From the NCBI RefSeq assembly GCF_009834535.1, contig NC_045696.1, positions 35,342,001 to 35,406,000 on the forward strand: DNA of 64,000 nt, read 5' to 3'. The notes under the pieces are model-generated. The model did not search any database. It was not told the origin of the DNA and saw only the letters and a program-made list of their open reading frames with translations. Shown here in pieces: positions 24,749-35,700 of the stretch; the stretch's first letter is position 1, and every line of letters begins with the position of its first letter. The stretch comes from Camelus ferus (lineage: Eukaryota). The position numbers and the translations under genes are program-made.

Positions 24749-24851
24749 CTCAATGCGCTCAGTAAAATTTTTCCCTAAAACTCAGATATGATCAAGTTCT
24801 TATGTGCTGAAATGCTTTTTATGTCTCTCTTTCATCTAGAATATATTGTAA

Positions 24852-25030
24852 GGGGGGAGGGTATAGCTGAGGGGTAGAGTGTGTGCCTAGCATGCACAAG
24901 GTCCTGGGTTCAATCCCCAGTACCTCTATTAAAGTAAATAAAAACCTAATTACCTCCCCCACAAAAAATACAAAATAAATGAATAAACATTTTTAAATGT
25001 GAAATTATTTTTTAAAATACTCAAAAAAAA
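24852..25030 (+). mobile_element. tRNA-derived camelid-type SINE (vic-1-like)
   Basis: GGGGGGAGGGTATAGCTGAGGGGTAGAG (A box) ...GGTCCTGGGTTCAATCCCCAGTACCTC (B box), followed by aaacctaattacctcccc and an A-rich tail. Confidence 0.85.
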
Positions 25031-27099
25031 AAGAATAAGTGAAAAAAAATTTTAAGGAGATTAGAATTTATAAAATCATTGACAAGTGGCGTAGAAATTT
25101 CTGAAGTTTCCAATCTGCCTTTCAAAGAACATCTCTTAGCACTCTGTCCCCACCCTCCTTTTCCTCCTATCCAGGCCCCTTTTGTATCACTCATACTCTT
25201 TGCTCTATATCTGCCAAATGCTTTCTTTTGCCCTCACTTGGAAACTATTATGATTTGGTTTATGTTCCTGCAGTGCCTTCTGAGCCATTCTTCAGTTAGC
25301 GAACTCCTACTCATCCTTCAAACCCCAACTCAGTTATTACTTTTTTGATGAGGCTGTTCCTGAATCGGCTGCCCACACTTCTATCCTTCCTGCTCCTACT
25401 GTGGCCAAATTCCTTGCACCCCTCTGTTTGTGGACATCACTCTTTTTCACATCTAATCAGAATGGCATTCAGGTTCTGGAAACTCTTTATTGTCTGATGT
25501 CTCTTGATCTAGAGAGTTTATATTTGAGAAATCCTATATTATTTACATTATATTCCTAGGCCAGAAATTGCTTTTTACTCATTTTCACACTATTGTAGCT
25601 CCCTTTGAACAGGAATCCCTCTTTTCACAGCGATAAGCAGTTTAAGTGTGAAAAGAGTAGTGTGAGGGGAAGCCAGGATATGGGGATATCAGCACATTGG
25701 CATGTTTTTCCAAAATGTTTTTAAATTGTCACTTCCAAATAAGACTATTTTCTTTCAAGTTTCAGACAATTTTTATCTACACCTAGAACAATGGAACCGT
25801 GCAGTTGGGAAGACTACAGTTGGTTTGGAACTTTAAAAAATACCAGTCACCACTATCTGAAGCCTCTGCTTAGTATCTGTCATTATTTTCAATTCTGACA
25901 GACTTGGCACTTGAAGAGGGTTCTACAGCCTCCGCTGACACAATGTGGGAAGACGTTAGAGATACAAAGTAACAAGGCACACACAGAAAAGTGAGCAGAG
26001 TTACTGCCTTTCCTGCTTCCTCCACCCCCCAACATCCCATCCCAGCCAACATACTATTATCAAAAGACACTCATTTAAATTCCTGTGAAAATCGTGCACT
26101 CTCATTAAAAACATAGTGTTTGTGCAAAGAATATCTTATTAGCAAGGCCTTTCAAACCCTTATTTAGATTCTACAACTTAAAGCTGTAAAATCGATCACT
26201 GCTCTTACAGCTGTCAACTTACCTTTACTTTCTAGAGTTGTGCAAGGAATGTAAGAGGCTTGTTTTCTGTTTAGAATAGAAAAAAATAGGTGAGCGGCAG
26301 GATATTTTATGTTTTAAAAAGAAGCAAGGATAGTTCTCAAAATATCAATTACCAATTATTTGGCTGAAATAGATGGCAATTCTGTTGTCCAGCAAGGGAA
26401 CAGGAAATAAGAGAAACCACTTATAACCATAGTGCAAAAAGTAAGCGAGAAAGTGCAAGGACACTATTATGTAGCCTTTGGACTGGAATGCTAAAGAGGA
26501 ACAGCATCCAACTATTATCAGATTGGAAGTGGCTGAGAAGCTAACCGGGGAGCTGTGAATTATGCATTGTTTATCTCACAGAACCCAGAGATCCAAATGC
26601 TGGATGGTGAGGGAGGGAAGGTTGTGATGGGCTGTCATACACTTTCGGCTTGATTTCTATTACTCTTATTTAGACCCACAGCACAGAACAAGAGATGCAT
26701 GCTGGCCTGCAGCTATTCCTAGGGCTGGGTTTGCTCACTCCCGTAGGATGCTTCCCAGTTTGGAATACCAAAGTGCACTTTTTGTGCACTGGAATCCCGA
26801 GCCAAATCTCTTTCAAAGTGCTGATACCACTTGGTGTACAACTGAAGAGACTTTCTGATCTGGGGTGTGTATTGGTGTCTTTATGCACCGCAAAGGACTG
26901 GTGAAGAGTTATGCTCACACTGAACATAATGAAGGAATAATCCTGATTTTTCATTTGGATACAATCACATTGATTTTTTTTTTTAATGAAAGGCTCCTGT
27001 TCTTTAATAACAAACATTTCTCTGGCATTTCAGTTTCTTTTCTACTCACTCTGCCATTTGACACTCCTATCAGGGTTTCTGGTTTCTTCAGGGCATTAA

Positions 27100-27330
27100 C
27101 CTAAGAAGAGCATGTACTGCAAACAATAAAATAGCTGCTTTTCCCTGAAAATAAAGAGGGGGTGTTTTTCCCTCCCTATCACTACTCCCCACCACCGTTC
27201 CATTATAACTTCTGGATTTCCTGACCCTTCGGTGACGCCTGAGGCCCCCACCCTCTCCCTCCCCAGCTCTGAGCTTCATAGCCGTCTGCGAGCCCCCGCG
27301 CGCAGTCCTGCGCTTCTTCAGTGCCCGCTT
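27100..27330 (+). promoter_or_regulatory. EPHA3: EPHA3 proximal promoter
   Basis: Transition from AT-rich to CpG-rich DNA just upstream of the leader. TATAA-like 27204-27208, CRE half-site TGACG 27233-27237, C-rich Sp/KLF-type tract 27245-27264. Confidence 0.7.
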
Positions 27331-27531
27331 CCGACGGCGCTAGGACCCAGGGAAGTCCCTGAGCGAGGTTCGCAGAAAGGCAGCCAGACTCCTCCTTATC
27401 TCCAGTGTCAAACTTGACATCAGCCTGCGAGCGGAGCATGGTAACTTCTCCAGCAATCAGAGCGCTCCCCCTCACATCAGTGGCATGCTTCATGGAGATA
27501 TGCTCCTCTCACTGCCCTCTGCACGAGCAAC
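27310..27531 (+). other. EPHA3: EPHA3 5' UTR (start approximate)
   Basis: GC/CpG-rich leader directly 5' of the ATG. Resembles the human EPHA3 mRNA leader as recalled (ctaggacccagggaagtcc...gtgtcaaacttgacatcagcctgcgagcggagcatgg...). The TSS cannot be fixed from sequence alone. Confidence 0.75.
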
Positions 27532-27619
27532 ATGGACTGTCACCTCTCCATCCTCCTCCTTCTCAGCGTCTCTGTTCTCAACTGCTTCGGAGAACTGACT
27601 CTCCAACCTTCCAATGAAG
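27532..27619 (+). CDS. EPHA3: EPHA3 exon 1 coding part (signal peptide and start of mature N-terminus)
   Basis: ATG at 27532 in strong context (aacATGg). Translates MDCHLSILLLLSVSVLNCFGELTLQPSNE plus 1 nt, matching the EphA3 N-terminus (human MDCQLSILLLLSCSVLDSFGELIPQPSNE, from recall). Ends at canonical donor AAG|GTAAGC; 88 coding nt, phase 1. Confidence 0.98.
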
Positions 27620-28110
27620 GTAAGCCAGGTACAGCGACGCGCACAGCCCTGCCCCGCGGGGCTAACGCTCCTCCAAGCACGTTCTCACCCAAGCCTTTTC
27701 AGGTCGCTGAGGTGCCTTCGAATAAAGCAGTTTGCTCTCAGAGTAAACTAAAGAGGTGCTTTTATTTTCGGCTCGCTTCTAAAACACTTTAAGAGATAAT
27801 TTTGGATTGCCTAAACCTAAAATGTGTTTTTAATCTGATACCAATTCAGGCAATTACCTTGTTTGCCAATTTTAAGCAGAAAGAAAGAAAATTTCTCCAG
27901 TTTTACAACCCAGTATGTTAATTGCCAAATAGCCATGTTACTATTTCATTTTCTAATTATGACCATGTAGTACTCTGAGAAGTTTAAAAGAAAATTCCAC
28001 CCCCTCTCTAGATTCTTTAGTATGTTTAAAGGTAATGACAGGTTGTTCCTACTTAGGATCATGGCATTTATGAATGGACTAAAGGGAAATAAGAGTTTGT
28101 TGAAGCAGAG

Positions 28111-28140
28111 ATGTGTGTGTGTGCGCGCGTGTGTGTGTAT
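28111..28140. repeat. (TG)n(CG)n(TG)n alternating purine-pyrimidine tract
   Basis: atgtgtgtgtgtgcgcgcgtgtgtgtgtat. Confidence 0.95.
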
Positions 28141-31100
28141 TTATGTTGCAACTGCTGTAATAAAGTGATGTGTATCCTGCCAGGCGGTGGTTTGCTCTAT
28201 GGTACAGTAGAACGTTCTAATGAGCAGCATATGTCACATTAACATAAGTAATATTTGCAGGAATTACAATAAGCTTAGGTTGAATTTTCTTTGTTTAAGG
28301 GTTTATATATGAATAAGAGAATGTATTTAATGAATAGTGAAAATCTCCTGGGTAGGTGTAGTAAATAACTAAATAGCAAATTAAGAAAGAATGTTCATAT
28401 GCAGCAAATGGTATTTCCTTAATGTTGGGTTATTTATTTTCCTCATAATGGGCATTCATCCCTTTTCAATGAATGAAAGTGCATACCTAATATTAAGGAC
28501 ACCAATGTTTCTTATAAGATTGTATGCTTAACAGATACATTGCCTTTTTCCTGCATACCCTTTTGTGAACTATTCCTAAGATTTGTGAATACAATCACTA
28601 ACTCTTAGGACAAACTTCTCTGAATAATTGATTGCTTTAAAGCAACACTTGCAACTTTGATTCCCTCTTAATCATTTTGAACTTATAACAATAACATTTG
28701 GCAATTTATTTTTCAATTTAGCAATACTTAGCAATTGATGTGCAAATGCTACATTATATATCATGTCACTCACTAAAAGTATATATTGGCAAGTCAGTAC
28801 TATTTTATATTGCATATATTATTTTTAAAAACCACATGTAAAAACTTAAATATATTTAGAAACTTTTAAATTAAATATAAAAACTGCTGCTCATATTTGG
28901 TGACCTACTTTCACTGCTAATAGAGCAGTTTAATTTCATTCTTTCCTCAGTGACTGCTTTTATCAACTTGGCAGATTTCATTAAATTTTTTGTCTTGTTT
29001 TTAATTAGGAAGTTAAAAATTCTAAAATAGAAGGCTCAAGAAATGATCTTACCTTTAAGTGACTTTTTTTTTTTTACAAATCAAATTAAAATGTTTATTT
29101 GAAAGTAATGGTCAATCATTCTTTATGAATGAAAGGCAAGAGTAGTTATTTGTATCATGAGTAACATATCAATAAGTTAAAATTAATGTTTATTCTTTTT
29201 GTTTCTTTGAAAATAATAAAGTATTGATAATAGCTAGAAAAACAGTAATATAATTTCCATATTGCTATGATAAATTGTATTTCTCCAGAAGGAATATTTA
29301 TAAACTATTTAGATAATGGATTTCACTGAATTAATAATGCACTGGGATATAGCTTAGAGTCAGCATTATTGTGCAAAACTTAACCTTTCAGGAAACCATA
29401 AGAGAAAAAAAGGCCCTTTAAATTTATTCACATTTATCTAAAATTAATGAATATTTATGTAGTGAAATAGGAATAATCAAATGCAAATTGCTTTTAAATC
29501 ACACCTTGTGTATATTTGGGTATATAACACATATTATTTTATAGGCAGGGTACACATTAACAATATGTATATAAGAAGGTAAATATATTTAAAAAAACTG
29601 ACATAATTACATTTAACTTGCTTGGCCAAAACTTTACCTATCCACTGTTTATTATTCTTTCCAGATCATGTCTTATAGGTAATTTTTCCTTACCCTTCTG
29701 AAGTCACAAAGGGAAGCTTTGAAACAAAATTTAAAATGAATGATTTAACTTGGGTAATATTTGAATAAGATTTCAAATATTAACACAGTAGCTTGAGTCT
29801 TAGTAGTAGAGTTGAACAACATGAAAAGGGAAAAATCCAAGTATGGGCCAAGATTTCCATGCAAGTCTTCTAACAATGTCATTTGAATAGAAAGCAGTGC
29901 TTCTGAAAATTCATACATTGGGTGGAAGGAATAACGATAAAATGGATCTCATTAGTATAGCTTTCTGATATAAATTTTGAGAACCGGAATACAAAATACT
30001 AGGTTGCATTTCAAATACTATGCTAAAAATTATATTTCAATGCTATAGAAAATTTCACTAGAACTTTACTAGTAAAATTTACTAGATTTTATTTGCAATC
30101 TATTATGAAGTTAGGCATGATAGAACTAAAGCAGAATAAAACCCAAGCCACTGACTGAGTTAATTGCTAGGAAACTTGTCACTGTGTTGACTTTTTTCTT
30201 TTTAATTTGAGATTTGATAATCAAATATCAATACTGAAATGCCATTGGTCCATGATAAGAGAAAACACTTAGAAAAAAGTTTAATATGAACTTTCCTTTT
30301 ACTAATCCAGTTACAAATAACTTTCTAATATGCTTTCAAGGAAATGATTCCAGGTGATACTTTCTATTACTGGCCTTCTCAATGATAATAGATTATTTAT
30401 AATTACTTACAATTTTGATCATCCCTTAAATAAAAAATTGGCCTATACACTTAAACAGAAACTTTACAAAAGCTGCATGAAACTTTATTACAATCTTATC
30501 AGGTCTCTCCGTTTACATGACGCACCATGAAAAGATTTCCAATAGGAAATGAACTACTTTTCATGACAAAATAGAAATCTTACACCATGTATTGTTAGAA
30601 AAATTTATATATTTGCTCCCTGTTCCCATCCTAGATGGATGATGATAATGATAAACAAAAATAACTTTATAAAGAGGTTGAATCTTGATATCAAGTAAAG
30701 AATTGACTATTATGAGTTCAATCTCTTTTAGCATTGGATAAAGTACTCTCTTTAAACACTCTTCTACGTTTCAAGCAAGCTGAGGCAGAGTGCACTGCTT
30801 ATTCATCAGCACATAATATACTAAATCATTTTGCTACCCAGAAGTATTTGTAAGTTAGGTTAACATTTACCCATAGGGTTCTTTACGTTGGGAATCAGTT
30901 TTCAAAATAAAAGTGAATAAAATTCAATCTACATATTTATATACTACTTATTTGGGGAGACTTTTATTGGAGTGACTGGGACACCGTTTCTAGGAAATGT
31001 ACTTCACTGAACATAAATCACCTAAGTTACTAGAGGAGATGATGTGATTGTTTAAAGCTTAAAAGTAAAATTTGCAGATGAACACTGGATGCTTCCCACT

Positions 31101-33999
31101 TAATATTTGGCAAATGATGGAGACAATAAACATTTAAATAGCAGATGATTCTCTTTTTTAAAATTACTACGAATTGGCATCATTTTCTTATATAAACACT
31201 TATCCTCAAATAATAATACAACATTGTGATTGAAACAATAATAGAGAACTAAGATACCATGTCATCTTTATAGGTGTTCTTTTTTTAAAAGAGGGTTTAC
31301 ATTTGCTTTTAATAGCATTTTATCATTCTAGACTAAATAATTGAATGCATTATACATTTTTGTAATTTAATAGCTCTCCTAATAGCTCGCCCTTACTTCC
31401 CTCTAACAGTTATAACTGTGCTATTTGCCTGGAGGTAGGAGAAACCTTAATTTCACTATTTTATAACCCACAACAGTTAACACTTGACCTAGGTCATTAA
31501 CAGGATTATCAGCAAATTTGTTTAAGCTTTTACTGACAACCTGAATTGCTAGGATAATATTTTGATTGTGCCGGAAAGAAACTTCTTGTAACCTCTCAAA
31601 ATCTGTCATGAAATTAATTCATTCTGAATCTATATTTTCCTAAAGACTAATATTGATAATAACAATTCAAGTGGGGAAATGTCCACTGATACCCCATTCT
31701 CCTCACTCTTCTGTTTCATACATCACACCATTCTTGTCCTTGTCATAAATGAGTAATTAAAAACTCTTTTAAACAGTAAATATTCTGGTGAAACAATAGA
31801 TTTATAAATTCCAACCAGCTTCACTGTAACTATCAACATTTTCAATTTTATGCTTTTTTATTATTGGTTCTGTAGTTAATACTGTTTTTCTGCCCATTTT
31901 AAGATATAAAGTCAATTGAATATTTATGACTCAGAAGCAACTGGAACTATAAAAGGGAAACTACATATAATAAAACACCTTTACCAAGTGTAAGATTATG
32001 GTTGGGTTTTCTATAAAATTGTCTTTTCCATGAAACATTAGTAATTTGGAGTTACAATGAAAGGCATTTAAAATTAATATAAACATTTTAAACAAAATGT
32101 GCACAATCAGAACTTAAAGATATCTCTTTAACATTGTGTAGTGGGTTTAGGAAGTTTCATGTGAAGATTTTTATTACTTGAGTATAATTATGGTTTGCTC
32201 TTTGCTTGTATAAACAATTTGGTAGTTTCACCTTGACTCGTAAGAAACTTATCCTTAAAGAAAAGATTTAATAAGATTCTTGATTGTGTCTATCTATTAT
32301 CTACATTTTAATATTCAAATTTTGGTGTGTTCTTTATGGATCCTTCACTTTTAACAGTTTCTCAGTATAACTTTCTTTATGAAGATCCCTAAATATTAAA
32401 ATTGTTACTGAAACTTTGGAATTTTTCTGAAATAAAATATATGCAATTTTTAAATATCAAATAATCAGTTACATATGCACAGGATTTTTAAAGGCAAAAC
32501 ATAGTTCCACAGTATATTTGATTTACTAACTTCAACACAAATGGAAACAGCAAGAACTGTTCTTGAGAGTTACATTTTCCAAGTCATAAAATCTTCAAGA
32601 AAATATTAATAAAACTTTCCACAAATCATCAAAACTCGATAAGTTCTTACAGACATTTACTTACTAAGAAATCTGTGATGTGGGTTACCTTTGATTTTTG
32701 TCATTTTCCAAGGGTTTTGTTTGGCATAAATACTAGCTGGAAGGAGAAATACGTGTTTCTTGGAAGAGCACTAAAGTTTTATAAATTATTTTCTGTCAAG
32801 ATCCTCAACCTTGTTTATTTTTTAATATACACATTTTTCTTTAAAAATTTTAATAAACCTTGTTATTTTAATTCCTGTTTGATAAAAAGGTTTAGAAAAA
32901 CAAATGCAGGTGTCCCCTTTTTGGTTCTGTTTTCAGAGATCTGGATTTTATCACCAGGGAGGGTCAGAGAAGGGCTCTTACCAAGTGCACAAGTAGCTTT
33001 CCACAGATTTTTCAAATAAAGGGATGAATAGGGGTGTAGAACGTCCATTAGACTTTTCATCCATGTACACGAAAAACTAGGATTTGAAATTTATCCCTAA
33101 AAATTTTGAAAACCTTAAATAATTCTTCTGTAATGACTTTAGAAATAAAACCATTGTTGGACATTTATAAAATGCAAAGGACTCCAAGCCACAAATCAGT
33201 CTAGGAAGACACTCCTCTTGGGAATCAGGGTGTGGGCACATGTGCACCCCTTGGTTTCACTCTTTGGGTCTGTTACCAGCTCTCTACAATCAGGAAGTTC
33301 TTGGAATCTGGCAGAAGGTTTTCTCTTGGAAAAGTCTGAAAGTCAGCAAGTTTTAGTTTGCCTCCCAACAGCTTTCTCTGAAATAAAGGGTGGTGGATTT
33401 GCAAATGTAAAGATAATACAAAGTTGGTTAGAAAGATAGAGAGGTAGAGAAATGCAAAGGCTCTAAAACCAATGTAAATATATGTCTTTTGCTTAAAATA
33501 AAAATATTCATCACTTCAAATATCTAGCTAATCAATTTTTATTAAATCTCTGAAAAACTGCACACTTAAAAAAAGTGTGTGTTTGGGACTGAGGCGGGGA
33601 GGGGGGCGCTGCCAGCGTTTGTTTCTCCTTTCATACTTACACACTTCTGATTTTTCCTCAGAAGAAAATGTTTTATCTAGCAAAGTTTTGAGAGTGTAAG
33701 CCAAAGAATGCGTCCCCCTTTGGAAGCCTGGGCGAATGCATGTGGAGGAAGGATGGACTCAAAACCAATTCAGCAAACACAGCCTCCAACTTGGAATGAT
33801 GTTACTAAACTAGAAGCCCTGAGTGTGGAACCCCCTCCCTCCCTTCACTTTCTAAACCATGTCCTGCTGTTCTAGTCAAAGCAGAGGGTGAAAATCCACA
33901 TAATCCAAACCAACATGGTGAAGTTAGAATAATAGGCGAGGAAAGAGGGGGGAAACAAGTGGCAGCACTGTACAAACTGCTGTGAATAATCTTAACCAT

Positions 34000-35020
34000 G
34001 AACTGGGGTGGCCACGGGAGGGATGGCGGTGCTGCTTGGCTTTCGCGTCACACCTCCTACATTTGATAATGCAATGTTGATTAAATTTCAAAACTGTGCC
34101 CTGAGAAATTTTAGCACGAAACAGGGCTTTACGGGGAGTGACAGGGATGTGGCAACAGAGAGAGGAGCCACCGCCCTCGCGGCCACCACACCCACCATCA
34201 GGGCGTCTTAACCTTTAACTATTATCCACCGCCAGGACCAGGCTCGGTGGTGCAGCGGGAAAACAGTCTCCCAACAATTTACTACTTTTCACTCCGCAGC
34301 GGATTCAAGAACGGATTAGAACTCAACTCCAGTCCGCGTCCCCCAGCTCAGCCCTCGGGGTTTGGTGGGTTCTTTGTGCGCGAGCGTGGCGGCGCCCCGC
34401 GGCCAAAGCGCGCTGCCCGAGCGCTGCGAGCGGGCGCGACCTCCCGGGGGCGGCGAGCGGCGGGCGCGCGCGGAGCCCCCTCGGCGGCCGACTTCCCCCG
34501 GGCGGACTGCGCCGGACGCTCTCGGCCGGGGCGGAGGCTGGGGTCAGGCGAGCGCGAGGGCGCCAAGTTGCGCGGAAACGAGCGCCGGGCGGAGGCGGGG
34601 CGGGCGAGAGGCAAACGTGCGCCCTCTGCCTGCTGCCGCGGGGCTGCCGGCGCTCCGAGACGCGGCGGCCTCCTCACGCACCTGGACTCCGCTGACCTGG
34701 AGGTGGGTCCCGCCCGGAGAGCGCAGCGGCTCGGACAGGCCGGGCAGGTCCTGACTTTCACAACAGACTTTGACCCGAGCTCTGAGACACCCCCACCCCC
34801 CACTACCCCGGCCCCTCAGCGCTGCCAGCCTTTGCAGGTTGGCGCCCGGAGTTGGCGCGGTCTCTTTCCTTGTCTGTACCGGGCCCAGCAGGTGACAGGT
34901 GCAGGACAGGGTTCTTCAGGGTTCCCAGAAGCCCCTGCAGTGTTGGGAAAGCGCCTCGTGCTGGCCGGCTAGGTTGGGACGCACGGGAGGGCCTGAGACG
35001 AGCCTGAGGCGTCCAGTTGT
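34000..35020. promoter_or_regulatory. Intronic CpG island
   Basis: Very high GC and CpG density (core ~34330-34900) inside an otherwise strongly AT-rich intron. Clustered GGGCGG/GGGGCGGG boxes at ~34515-34605. Confidence 0.92.
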
Positions 35021-35499
35021 CTTGCTAGCTGCTGCTTCACCAGCCCCTTTTGCTATTTCTTGAATTTTCAGAAAGTCTCCTCTTTTTCAGTCTGTAGTCG
35101 AAAATGAGGAATTTTTTTTTTCAGGTTCCTTTACAACCACCTACCAGCGCCACCTGTTAGGCCACTTGTGAGAGCTAACGGCATGTTCCATAGACCCCCA
35201 CCTCCCACCACCCCGTGCACAATTGAAAGTTGTCTGTCTTTCCCCACAGCCCAATATTTGATTGGCATCGTTTTTATTAAAACAGAATTTTCCCTCTTCT
35301 GATTTTGGGAGTAAACCTGGAGTGGGCCAAGAAGGGTTTCTGGGAGTGGGGATAACGAGGTAGGTTAGTAGTTGGATGGTGCTGTTTCTATGGTTGCTGA
35401 TGTATCCTTAGCGGTCTCCATAGAAGATAAAATTGCTGAAACCAGGGGATTCCAAGACTAACTGTGGCCTCAGTGTCATGCCCAATATTGAGATAACAG

Positions 35500-35700
35500 T
35501 TGTACAGAGTTCCACTGGTGCACTACTTACTGGACCTCATTTGATCTCTTAAAGCAGCCCTAAAATAAGTTTTATGACATCTCCCATTTACCACCGAGGA
35601 AACTAAGTACACTCATCACAACACAGCATTAAGTGAGCCAGGCCTTCTCCTGTCTTTGTCCTTTGATTTTAACCTTACATGTTTTCTCCTGTACACGAAT
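35500..35700 (-). mobile_element. MIR SINE (degenerate)
   Basis: ctcatttgatctcttaaagcagccct...atctcccatttaccaccgaggaaactaag, the MIR core in reverse. Confidence 0.6.

Noticed and set aside
24852..24927. tRNA gene
   Set aside because: Has A/B boxes but continues into a SINE body and A-rich tail, so it is a tRNA-derived SINE head.
26670..27493. Minus-strand ORFs at the promoter as a divergent coding gene
   Set aside because: No recognisable protein family or supported splice structure. A divergent non-coding RNA cannot be assessed from sequence alone.
27620..27792. Extension of the 86-aa ORF beyond PSNE
   Set aside because: Read-through into intron 1 past a canonical GTAAG donor; EphA3 similarity continues in exon 2.
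34247..34972. 241-aa ORF (and overlapping 151-aa and 130-aa ORFs) as a novel gene
   Set aside because: The 241-aa ORF starts at GTG. All three are Arg/Ala/Gly/Pro-rich with no recognisable domain. Open frames on both strands are expected from stop-codon depletion in a CpG island.
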